Source: Marsupella aquatica (taxonomy: Eukaryota > Plantae > Marchantiophyta). Taken from it: DNA of 64,000 bases. Made by a program: the position numbers and the translations under genes. Below, one piece after another: positions 19,667 to 31,154 of the stretch. The stretch lies in assembly GCA_973895155.1 (NCBI GenBank), contig OZ316894.1, positions 14,025,580 through 14,089,579 on the forward strand. Direction: 5' to 3'. Below the pieces are notes generated by a model that was not told the DNA's origin, made no database searches, and saw nothing but the letters and a program-made list of their open reading frames with translations. Positions within the stretch are counted from its first letter, which is position 1; each line of letters begins with the position of its first letter.

Positions 19667-22600
19667 ATGGCTCCAAGGTTGCCTCTTCACAACCCATTTA
19701 GGATTAGGCATCATGATTCTAAATTGTGGATGCGTGAACAAGCCCGGGCCGCCCAAGGTAGGAGTAGGAGGATGAGATGCCCATGCACACAATGCCAAGG
19801 ATTCAAGTCGTTGAGTTTGAACACTGTGCACCTTCACCTGCTGCGGCATGAAAGGCACCCTCGGTGGAGGGTTTGGAATGTACCAGCAGAAGAAGACTCC
19901 TCTGATGAAGAGTGGAGAGCTGACTTTGTGGATTCTAATACAGCTAGGCGTAGAGCCTACGTAGAGCAGGACATAGACTGTGTAGAGGATGGTCCTGGGG
20001 TCCAACATGAGAACGTGGATGACCAAGATGGAGATGCAGAGGCAGTCACTGAGGACGGTGGGATGGATGTCCCAAGAATGGTTCAAGAGATTTTTGAAGA
20101 CCTTGATGCTTTTTACGACACAGTGGAATCAGAAGAGGACAATGAACCGCAGCCACACATTGGCGACGGCCAAGCTCAACCTGACTTTGACATTGGGGAA
20201 GGTGCAGCAGAGAGGGAGTGGGTGTTTGGGGGCCCAAAACACATCAAAGAAGCTTGCATTCCTATCTACGAGGGGTCGAACTGCTCCAAGCTGGGTTTTG
20301 TCGTGTTGTTGTTGAACATCTGTGGCAATCACAATGTTCCCAATATATTTGTGACAGAGTTGTTGACCTTCCTGCGCCGAAATGTGTTACCAGATGGTAA
20401 TTCAATTCCAAAAAATATGTACGAGGCTAGGAAATTGATGTCTAACCTTGGGCTGAACTATGTGTCTATTGACGCATGCCCTGATGGGTGTGTTCTCTTT
20501 CGCAAAGAGCATGCAGATAAATTGACATGCCCTCATTGTGGTAAGGACAGGTACAAGAATGTAGGGAAATGTACACACCCTGCCAAGGTTCTTCGTCATT
20601 TTCCTCTCATTCCTAGACTACAACGTCTGTTTAGATGCCCTGCCATTTCCAAGCTGATGACATGGACTCCTGATAACAAGAGCAGTGATGGCCTGCAGTG
20701 TCACATTGGAGATTCCAACCATTGGAAATTTGTTGATGAGAGGTGGCCACAGTTTGCTACAAAGAAGCGGAACTTTCGATTTGGTCTATCACTGGATGGA
20801 ATAAACCCATTTGGAGACAAAAACAACCGTTATTCATGTTGGCCGGTTACGCTGCTAAATTACAACCTTCCCCCATGGATGACTACAAAGAGGTTTTTTG
20901 TCATGATGGTGCTGTTAATCCCTGGACCAGCTTCTGTGACCGAGCAATTCATAGATATCATGTTGGCTCCAGCAGTGGAAGAGTGGAAGACTTTGTGGAT
21001 AGAAGGGGTGTTAACCCATGATGTTCTGAAGGGGCTTCTTCGACCCAGCCCCTTTAGACTGCATGCAATTTGTTTGCTGGATATAGCAGATTACCCAGGC
21101 CATGGCATCATATCTGGACGAGTGACAAAGGGCTATGTGGGGTGCACACCATGTGGGAAAAATGTGACAAGTGAGTGGTCGCATGCCCTGCACAGTATGA
21201 AATTTCAGGGGCATAGAAGGTATCTGCCTGTTGATCATCCTTACAGGCACACACGGTCTCAAATTGCACACTTCAACAACAAAACAGAGCTTCGTGGCCC
21301 ACCACAGAGGGTCACCAGAGAGCAAGTCCTGAGGTGGGCAGCCAGGAAGGCTGATTGGGACAAGAGAAGTGCCACTGATCGAGAACCTGAGGATCCAGTG
21401 GTGAAACACGGTGTGAAAAGACAGACCTTGATGGACTTGGAGTTGGAGTACTGGAGGGTAATGTACTTAGCCTCCAGCCCCTGTATGATTGCAATTTTAG
21501 ATTGGAGCAATGGTGGATTGATGTTGGTTACAATCCTCCTATGTGGTTAATTAGTGTTTCTGTTGTTGAATTCTTTGCTTTGTGGAGTGCAGGAATTCGA
21601 GCCCAGCAAACACAATGTGGACGTCATGCACATTGAGAAAAATATTTGTGAGAGCTTGCTGAAGTTCTTGTCGGGTGAGAAAGATACAGGAGCAGTTCGA
21701 GCTGATATGCAACAGAAGGGGATTCGCCCTCACCTTTGGTTGAAGCCCCATGCAAGCAATCCCAATGTACTTCTCAAGTTCCAAGCTCCCTATGTGTGCA
21801 CACAGGATGAATGGAAGACATTCTTGTATAGATTGAGCTGTCTGAAAGTGCCCTCTGGCTATGCTGGTGCCTTCAAGAAGCATATTACAAAGAATAAACT
21901 TGGCAGTATGAAAACACATGACTACCATGTGTTGATGCAGCACATTCTGCCCCTATGCCTCAGAGGTCTCATGCAGAAACCAGTCCGTAATGTCATTCTT
22001 CGACTGTGCAATGTATTTCGCCGTATATGTGTGAAAGTGTGGGATCCCCAAGGATTGGAGCAGTTGAAGCAGGATGCTGCTTATGTCCTCTGTGACTTGG
22101 AGATATACTTCCCCCCTGCTTTCTTTGATGTTATGACTCATCTCCTAATCCATGTGGTAGAAGAGCTAGGGCAGTATGGGCCAGTCAGTACCAGAGGATG
22201 TACCCTATGGAGCGATACATGAAGTTGTTGAAAGGTCATGTGAGAACATACTACAGGCCAGAGGCTTCCATGGCATTGGGGTACATTAAGGATGAGACGT
22301 TGGGATTCCTAACAGAGTACATGGCTGGGTCTGGTGAAGCTATGACAAGAGTTTGGAAATCTGGTGAAGATGATGGAGTGAGTGGCGAGGTTGTTGAAGG
22401 TGTGGGACGTGCTGTTCAGCTGCCTGTTGCGATTCGAGACAAGGCTCATTCATATGTGCTGGCAAACACAGAGCCTATGCAACCATGGTGGAGGTGAGTG
22501 ATTGAATTGACTTGCCTTTGTTGTGATGCTTCTTGTCTGTTCCAAGGGTGATCTTAGGTTGTCATGTGTTGTTTAGACCTAACTATGCCTGTACCTCATA

Positions 22601-23366
22601 ATGCAGGGAATATGATATGCAAAAAGCTGCACACTCTGGGCAGCAGGATCCCTTCCCATAGTTCGAGCAGTGGATTCGGGTGACAATTCGAGAGCATAGT
22701 AGACATCACCCAGATATGGAGAAGGATTTGTATCTTCTATCTGTGCCACCACGATTGTCTATTCTGACCTACAAACGGATGAGAGCTTATGGAAATCATT
22801 ATCGAGTGAGGGATGAGCAGGGTGACCATTGTGTATCATATGATTGTGGTTTGATTTATGTGTTTGAGCAGAGAACCTCTGAAGAACAGAGGGGGTGGAT
22901 GAAGATGGGTTACGTGGGGGAGTTGACCGACATTTGGGTGTTGAATTATGGTAACACAAGTGTCCCAGTGATATTGATGAAGGGATCATGGGTGAAATCA
23001 GAGTGGCAGAGACCAAGGGCCACCATGAAGCGTGATCATGATGGGTTCTTGTTGGCCAATTTTAGGTCCAGAGTACCAGAATGGTCTGAGCCTTTTGTTT
23101 TCCCTAGCCAAGTTGAACAGGCTTTCTTTGCAGATGTGGAGGAGTCACATGGCTGGAGGGTGGTATGCCATAGCCAAGCACGGAACAGGCGGATGGATGG
23201 AAGTAAAGTAGAGTTCAGTTTGGATGACCATGCTGCATTCGAGCATCCTAGTCATGAGACTGTACTTCCAACTCGGGCAGGGACTGACTACATCCCCTTA
23301 ACATTGAGAGAGACATATGATGAACCTGGGCAAATGGAATATGATGAGGTTGATGATTTGCAATAG
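19667..23366 (+). pseudogene. CACTA transposase (TnpD/Tnp2: Transposase_21, DUF4218, DUF4216) of element 1; exons about 19667-21457, 21593-22493, 22607-23366
   Basis: Motifs RCPCTQC, IDACPDGCVLF, LSLDGINPF, YNLPPW, DVMHIEKN, MKTHDYH, FPPAFFDVMTHL and YPMERYM. There is a 1-bp deletion near 22195 (STR-WMYP) and an in-frame TAG at 22659-22661. Confidence 0.93.
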
Positions 23367-23539
23367 GCAACAGCTGGCGATTGGCAAGTATGAGGTTGAG
23401 GATGACTACCTGCACAGAGTCACATAACGGGAATTGCTGCCTGGAATGATGTTTAGGATAGTTGGATATGCATGAAATTGATTGATACTTTGAATTTAGT
23501 GTGCTGATTCTCCCTGTTTGGTTGTGGGTGCTGTGCAGA

Positions 23540-26500
23540 AGCTATGGGGGAAGAGGGTGATGACATGGAGACAGACATGGGGCTTGGAGAGTGGGGTGAA
23601 GAGGAAAGATTGGATATGGATGGAGACCCAGATGCAGGGGGCTCACAGAAAAATGCACCTGTGCAAGATGCACAGGGCCCTCATCAAGTCCCAGGTAGGT
23701 GGGCAGCTAGAGAGAAATCACATAATCCATACCCTAGAAGGAGCCAGAGTTATTGGCAAGGGACGCCTGATAATTATGATGATGACTATGATGGAGCAGA
23801 AGATGGATGGGATGAATATGAACACCCAGAGCGTGGTAGAGACGGGTACAGAGGGCAATGGAAAGGTGAGGAGGATGATTGGACAAGTAAGTGCCTTGTG
23901 CTAGTGATTTTGTGATGGTAGTAGAGATTTAGCTCAATATGCACTTATCTGATGTGTAGCTAGGGCAAAGAGTTTATCTTACAGGTCCATGAGTGTGGCA
24001 TGTACCTGTTGGTATGCAGACTCTGATTGGGACAATCACGAAAACAACAAAGGCCATCCACATTCAGATAGGAGGCAATCATTCACAGGCGGGAGAAACG
24101 CCCCTAATTCATCAAGACAAAGCAATAGGACAGGTGGTCCAGAACCATCTATGCGCCAAGGGAGAGGTAACTTGGTCATTGCAGAATTGCTCTGAAGTCC
24201 ACTGTATATTTGGCAGCGGGATTTATGATTCATACTTACCTAATGTAAGTGACTGTAAATGGATCCTGTAAATGTGCAGGGACTCCAGGGAGGTTTGGAC
24301 AATGCAATCCAGGCCGTGGGGGGAGATCAGGCCGTGGAGGGACCCCAGGCCGTGGGGGGACACCAGGCCGTGGAGGGACACCTAGTAGCGCTTCAGGGAG
24401 TACCAAGGCAGGAGACAGTAACAAATTTGGTAAAGTAGAAGTGAATTCCGAAGGTTGGATAACTCCCACATGTGATGGTAAGAACCGTTGGCATTCTGAC
24501 CTAAGAGGAGAAGTATTGCGTTGGTTAGATTTGAGCATTATAGAGTTTAGGAGTCAGAACAAAGCTGATTGGGCTGCTATCTGCAAGGACATTCTTGAAC
24601 GGTGGGAGTATGTTGGTAATGATGGTAAGGGCCCAGTTGAAGATTGCATATCAGATTATGCAATGAGGATTTTGAAACAAGAGAGGCATAGGTTGAAAAG
24701 GATGTGGATAGACAATGGTTCTAACAGGAGAATGCCACCACCCCCATCATTGGAACTGGATCAATGGACACGGTTAATCAAAGGGTTCATGTCGGAGGCT
24801 GGACAGAGCAAGAGTGAACTGATGTCAAATGCTCGAGGCAAAGTGAAACACCTTTCACAGGTTGGGAGAGGAAGTTATGCTCCAGTGAAAGAACAATTGG
24901 TAAGGCAGTGACATGCCTGATAGTAAGCCTCAAACTTATCATCTTGCTACCATTATTACATTTTCATTGACAATCAACACTTGGTTTCATTCATATGTAT
25001 GTTGATGTGGACTGCAGAAGAAATTGACAGGTGAAGAACCATCAGCACAAGAAGTGAGAGAGGAGTTCATGAAACAAAGGAGTGAGGTGACAAGTGTAAC
25101 TTCCAAACAGGTGATTATGTTGTAATTCTGTATGTTCTGTGACTATTTGGCCTTGAGCATCAGAAAGAAATGTAGTAGGAAGTAAGCAACCAGTTCTTGG
25201 GGACAGTTATCTGAGATATGTAAGCTGTGTTATGACAGGGAACTGTTACAACTCTCACAGAGATGTGTGAACGGTTGAAGTCATTAGAGTGTGGACTCCC
25301 TCGAGTGGAAAGTAAATTGGCTGATCGTTTGGATATTGTGGAGGCATCTATAGCGAACCTTCTTGCATCAGTGGAATCTAATTTCAAGCTTGTGATTGAA
25401 AAATTGGGTGGTTCCCAACCAAACAATGAGGGCAACATTGTACAAAGTGTGCCCTTGTTAACAAAAAAGGGAATTGGCAAATCTGACACAGGTATGGAAA
25501 TGACACCGGCCCATTGTTCATTGTGTCCTATGTTCAAATGTCAGAAGTAAGTTTTCATGAATTGAGTGAATGGTTTGAATGCAGGAAGAGTGGAGGCAGA
25601 GAAGGACCCTGTAATCAGTAAGCAGAAGGGCAAGAAGGTTGCTGAGACAGGTAACCTGCTATGATCCAATACATTACATTTGAAAAGTGCATGGAGTTTT
25701 GTGAAGCTTAAGCCGGTTGGAGGTAATCTTTTCTGTAAGAACTGGTTGGATGAACTGGGATCTGAAGTGACATCATGATTGATGTATCAGGTGATTCAAA
25801 GAGCAATAATGAAGAAGATGTGCCCAGTGCCTCAGTGACCATAGCCAAGGAGGTATCAGGTAAGCTGATGCTTTAAATTCCTCTATATGAATGTTGAGCA
25901 ACAATTCAGTGGTTAATAGATTCAACCTGAATATTGTGGTGTGTTTATTGATCAACAGAAGCAGACATGGAGCATATGGCAATGGCAAAGAAGGGGAAGA
26001 AGGCTGTTCATAATGGTAAGGAGATAGTGACAACTTTGTGGTTGGTGACATGTACATTTAGCACATGTGATGAGTGATTGACTTATGTTGGACATGACAC
26101 TGAATTGTAGTTGATGCAGAGTTGACAGACTCTCAACCAAGTGGGAGTAGGGTGAAGCGACATCGAAACTTGGGAGCAACATTGGATGCAAGTAAGATTG
26201 TAGATGCTTCAATTGAAGCAAGTACAATGTTGGCAGATACTGAGATGATGTCGCAGGGAAATCCTGCTACACAATCAGAAGTGTCAAATATGGATGCAGA
26301 TTCTTTGAAGAAGAGTGTAGCCAATTCTTGATCACCAGCACAAAACACTCGTGCCAAAGTCATGACTCGCAACCAAGGTATGAATAATGTCATGTATAAG
26401 CCACCCAGGAAAGCCAAGAAAAACAGCCAGGGTAAGGTGGAGGTGATAGCCACAGCAGAGCCAGTCCATAATCTTCTATCATGGGAGGATGACTCGCAGG

Positions 26501-26715
26501 TATGTGTGGGTACAGGCATTTTGCGACCGGATCATGCAAAATTCCATGGCAAAGTGGTCCCGGATGACCATGTAGTAGTGTTGTTGACTACAGTGATTGT
26601 ATCTGATTGTAATTTGCCATTTCCGAATAGAGACGATGATCCACCTCAGGAAATAATTGCAGATGCAGTAGGATCTCTTATGCTCTGGCCATCAGAGTGT
26701 GTTAGTCTGCAGTGA
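23540..26715 (+). CDS. Multi-exon TnpA-like (ORF2) gene of CACTA element 1; exon boundaries approximate
   Basis: Acidic/Gly-rich N-terminus, PGRGG repeats, core KNRWHSDLRGEVLRWLD...QWTRLIKGF...SELMSNARGKV...VGRG, and C-terminal FHGKVVP...LPFPNRDDDPPQ...DAVGSLMLWP. Homologous to the minus-strand gene at 60023-63814. Confidence 0.75.
24310..24381 (+). repeat. 18-bp tandem repeat x4 encoding (P/S)GRGG(T/R)
   Basis: CAGGCCGTGG(A/G)GGGA.... occurs four times. Confidence 0.9.
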
Positions 26716-27544
26716 CTGAATGCAAGTGTAGATAGCATCATGTGAATTGTGTCACATTTTGACATTGCCTTGGAAATATCCAAGAAATATTTGTACCAAT
26801 TTTTCCATTTGGTAAAGAGGATGAAGGAGACGTTGTGTGTGACATTGATATTTCTGAATTCTGTATGTATGAAACAAGTGATTGATGTCAAACTATGGCT
26901 CTATGGTGATTGTCTATGATACTTAAATCTATTTTATCATTTCAGTATTAGTGTGTATGGTATAGAGGAATACGTTGTGACCTTCTTTGTAGTCTATGAA
27001 GTTTGAATCTGTGAATTCATATTAGTGTACATGGTATAGAAGATGGATTTCTGAAACTATGTATTCTAATGTTAACATGATGAATGGTGAACTTATAGAG
27101 TGAGTTCATTCCAAGTACACAATAAAACATGAATGCAATATGTTATTTGTGCACAAGAGTGGGTTCATTCCAAGTAGTATAGTGGGGTCTTCATCACTCA
27201 TATCCAGTTGACATAAAAGACTTATACATACCCCACAAAGTATATTTAAAGACTACCCTCCATAACCTTTTTAGTCGTTCCCAACGACTCATCATCGCAG
27301 CCCATAAAAGACTAAAAACGACTCACCAAAGCTACCCACACAAAGACTAAAATAGACTGAAAATCCAGTCTATTAAACGACTTATAAACCAGTTCTATAA
27401 AGGACTCAGTTGATTATAGTAACAAAACATACGACTCGCAGTCCTATAAAGGACTAGAGTCCTTCCCAGTCGTTTCCAAGTCCTATACGGTACTGAATAG
27501 TCGTTTAATGGGGTCTAAATACCCCCCGGTTTCTACTAGTGATG

Positions 27545-30496
27545 GCAAGTAATTGATGGTGAACTTCAAGTCATGTCGGGAGAGATAGTGATTTTGAAGG
27601 GGCGCAGACAGAAGAATTTGTATGTGTTGCAGGGCAATACAGTATGTGGAGAGGCCAATGTGACCAAGTCTCACGAGGAAATGACTCAACTGTGACATTC
27701 ACGGCTAGGCCACATGAGTGAGAAGGGTTTGGCTATCTTGTAGAAGAATGGGCTCATTTCTGATTTGCAATCTTGTAAATTGGATTTCTGTGAGCATTGC
27801 ATTTTTGGAAAGCAGCATTGTCGTGCTTTCGGTGTTGGAACTCATCATTCCAAAGCGGTTCTTGAGTACATATGTGACGTGTGGGGACCATCCCCGACTC
27901 CCTCACATTCTGGAAAATTGTACTATGTATCCTTTATTGACGATTACTCAAGATTTGTATGGATTTATTTCATGACGCATAAATCTGATGTCTTGTCCAT
28001 TTTTACAAAGTGGAAGACCCAAGTAGAGAATCAGACAGGAAACACGGTTAAGTGTTTGGATACAAGGGTGAAGAGTCTAAGGTCAGACAACGGCGGGGAG
28101 TACACTTCAATAAAATTTGAAGAGTACTGTGCAGAACAGGGGATAACTCGTCATCTCACCACAGTTTATACTCCACAGCAGAATGGTGTAGCTGAGAGGC
28201 TCAATCGAACACTATTGGAGCGGTCACGGAGTATGCTGAGCCAATCAGGTTTACCACAGGAATTTTGGGCAGAAGCTGTCAATACTGCAGTTTATTTGGT
28301 AAATCTTTCTCCTTCTAGTGCAATCAATTTTAAAATGCCGTTTGAAATGCGTTATAAGCGGCAAGCAGACTATCATGGCTTGGTAGTTTTTGGAAGTGAT
28401 GCATATGCTCTCACACCAAAGCAGAATAGGACCATGTTGGATCCTACGTCCAAGAAATGTATTTTTCTTGGGTATCAGAGTGGTGTGAAGGCCTACAGGT
28501 TATGGGATCCTATTGCTTGTAAGCTCATTGTTAGTAGGGATGTTTCTTTCAATGAATCCAGATTATTGAAGGAGGGGGAGAATACTCAAGTCTCCCGTAC
28601 TGACAAAGGAAAATCTCCTATCCTGGATCTCGTTGAGGGGGAGATTGATCATGAAGTGCATGATCGGAGAGAAGGAGGTGCTCCAAGCATGGAGCTGGTT
28701 CTTGTGCTAGAGGAACAAAAGGAGTTTATTGATGCTGATGAGCAGCAAATGGATGTTGCTGAGCTTCAAATTGTACCAGTAGACGCAATTCAACCGGAGT
28801 CATCGTCTAGAAGAACATTTGGTCGTACTGTACGCGCTCCTCCTAGGTATGGACAGTGGGTTGATTCATCTCAACTGCAAGAGGATGATTTTGCAGCTGA
28901 TGATGAGGGTGATGCGTTAATTTTGGAAGAAGGGGAACCTTCTTCATTTCATGAGGCCAGTGCTTCAAAGGAGAAGCAGAAGTGGACTGCAGCAATGCAA
29001 ACGGAGATGCAGTCACTAAAGGACAACAAAACTTGGGAGCTTGTTAAGCTGCCTAAGGGTCAGCAAGTGGTGGACAACAAGTGGATTTACAAGCTGAAGA
29101 ATAATTCCACAGGAGGTGGATCAAAGGTCTACAAGGCTAGGTTGGTAGCAAAGGGATTCACACAAGAGAAAGGTGTGGATTACAATGAGGTCTTCTCACC
29201 AGTTGCTAAGTACTCTACAATACGACTATTGTGTGTACTTGTTGTAATGTTTGGTCTGTTGCTAGATTAGATGGATGTTGTCACAGCTTTCCTCTATGGC
29301 ACATTGGAAGAGGTGATCTTCATGAGACAACTGCTAGGTTTTGTGTAGAGAGGACAGGAGGAATTGGTTTGCAGATTGCTGAAATCCTTGTATGGGTTGA
29401 AGCAGTCATCAAGACAGTGGAACAAGCGGTTTGACGATTGGATTCGATCACAAGGTTTTCACAAAAGTGTATTTGACCCTTGTGTGTATTTGAAACCGGT
29501 GAAGAATATTGTCTTTGGGTTCATTGTTTTAGTACTTTATGTGGATGACATGCTTATTGCGGCCAATGATAGGTCTGAGATTGTTAAGCTTAAGGCACTG
29601 CTCAATGCAGAGTTTAAGATGAAGGACCTAGGGCCAACTAAGAGGATTTTGGGTATGGAGATCACTAGGGACTTGGAGGCTAGTAAGCTATGGTTGACAC
29701 ACAGCAGTTATGCGAGGAAGGTAATTGCTAGGTTCAACATGGGGGATAGCAAGCCAGTAAGTACCCTTTGGCTACACACTTCAAATTATCATCAGCTTTC
29801 TGTCCCACAGATGCGATAGAGAAGGGGCTGATGTCAAAGGTTCCTTATGATAAGGCAGTGGGAAGTCTCATGTATTTGATGACTTGCACTAGACCTGATC
29901 TTGCCATGGCTATGGGCAAGGTGAGTAGGTACATGTCAAATCCAAGGAAGGTACATTGGGAAGCAGTGAAGTGGATTATCAGGTACTTGAAGGGTACCGT
30001 GGATCATGGTCTTTTATTTGATGCGAATGCAAAGAATGCTAGATCATTGATTGGCTATGTAGATTCTGACTATGGACAAGATTTGGACCGAAGGAGATCA
30101 ACAACAGGATACGTGTTCACACTTGGCGGTGGATGCATAAGTTGGAGGTCTACTTTGCAGAAGTGTATTGCTCAGTCTACTACAGAAGCGGAGTATGTTG
30201 CAGCTGCGGAAGCAGCAAAGGAAGCAATTTGGTTGGATAGACTTATCACTGAAATGGGATTGCCATAGGGGAATGTGAAGCTCCATTGTGATAGTCAAAG
30301 TGCGCTCCACCTTGCTGTGAACCAGGTGATGGACAGCAGAGTGAAGCACATTGACGTCAGGGACCATTTTATCAGGCAGGGTGTGTCTGATAATTTGTTT
30401 GAGCTAGTCAAGATTGATGGTAAACTCAACCCGGCTGACGCATTTACCAAAGTGATTCCTTTGGAGAGTTTCTCTAGACATCGTGACGTATTGTAG
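27545..30496 (+). pseudogene. Copia pol (GAG-pre-integrase, integrase, RT, RNase H), with several stops and a frameshift
   Basis: HSRLGHMSE, CEHCIFGK, LRSDNGGEY, QQNGVAERLN, YKARLVAKG, LYVDDM, YVDSD, STTEAEY, KHIDVR and NPADAFTK. Stops at about 27693, 27741, 29268 and 30266, and a frameshift near 29765. Confidence 0.95.
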
Positions 30497-30699
30497 GTTT
30501 TGCAATTGCATCACAAGTAGAGTTTTCTTAACATTCATTGTAATTACTGATATATGCTCTTCCTCATTCCTATGTATAAGGCTACGGCTTAGTTCTGGTT
30601 TGCTCTAGTTAGAGAGGGAAACCGGTTTGGTTTTTGTCCAGAACTTCCCGCTGAGGGATCATATACATTGGCAGTATTACTCTCCCCTAGACCAGAGTC

Positions 30700-30709
30700 A
30701 AGGGGAAGA
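30700..30709 (+). promoter_or_regulatory. Polypurine tract
   Basis: AAGGGGAAGA lies immediately before the 3' LTR. Confidence 0.85.
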
Positions 30710-30710
30710 T

Positions 30711-31149
30711 TGTTGGGTATTTACTCTTATGTCTAGGTTAGGTATGACGTGATTGGTACAACAACGTGGGTTGGTACAACAACATGGGTTGGTATAACTA
30801 CATGGTTAGGTACAACTACGTGATTAGGTACAACAATGTGGTTAGGTACAACTACGTGATTAGGTACAACAATATGGTTAGGTTAACTAAGTTACACACT
30901 ATATCATAAGAGGCACGTGTGCTTGGAGATGTAGAACCAAGGCTCATTGTTATGGAGCCACTTGAGAGATAGGGAGAGCTTACACTGTGGAGACTCGATA
31001 TAGCCGACGGGTTTAGAGTTCAGTAAAGCTCTCTTGTGTGTTCCCGTGGACGTAGCCTCAAGGAGGTGAACCACGTATCTCTTGTGTCGACTACTTGCAT
31101 GTTGGATATGTCATGTGCTTACCGTTGCGATTATCGTCTATACTCAACA
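30711..31149 (+). repeat. 3' LTR of the copia element
   Basis: TGTTGG...CTCAACA, followed by the TSD TAATT. Confidence 0.96.
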
Positions 31150-31154
31150 TAATT

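Larger units (their letters stand above)
10986..27541 (+). mobile_element. Complete 16,556-bp CACTA (En/Spm) DNA transposon (element 1) nested in copia pol
   Basis: TIRs CACTAGTAGAAACCGGGG (18 bp identical at both ends, with further TTTAGACC similarity) and a 3-bp TSD ATG (10983-10985 and 27542-27544). Subterminal AAGACT/ACGACT/AGTC repeats are present. Removing the element restores the copia reading GHQWQVIDGELQV. Confidence 0.97.
8515..31149 (+). mobile_element. Ty1/copia LTR retrotransposon, full-length but defective (about 6.1 kb without the nested CACTA)
   Basis: Two 439-bp LTRs, a 5-bp TSD TAATT (8510-8514 and 31150-31154), a PBS, a PPT, and gag-PR-IN-RT-RH domain order. Confidence 0.97.

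Noticed and set aside
19667-23366. Argument that the cargo is domesticated by the host because transposases are broken while cargo ORFs are intact
   Set aside because: There are only 1-2 lesions per 3.5-kb transposase, so shorter cargo ORFs could be intact by chance. Intactness alone does not show selection after insertion.
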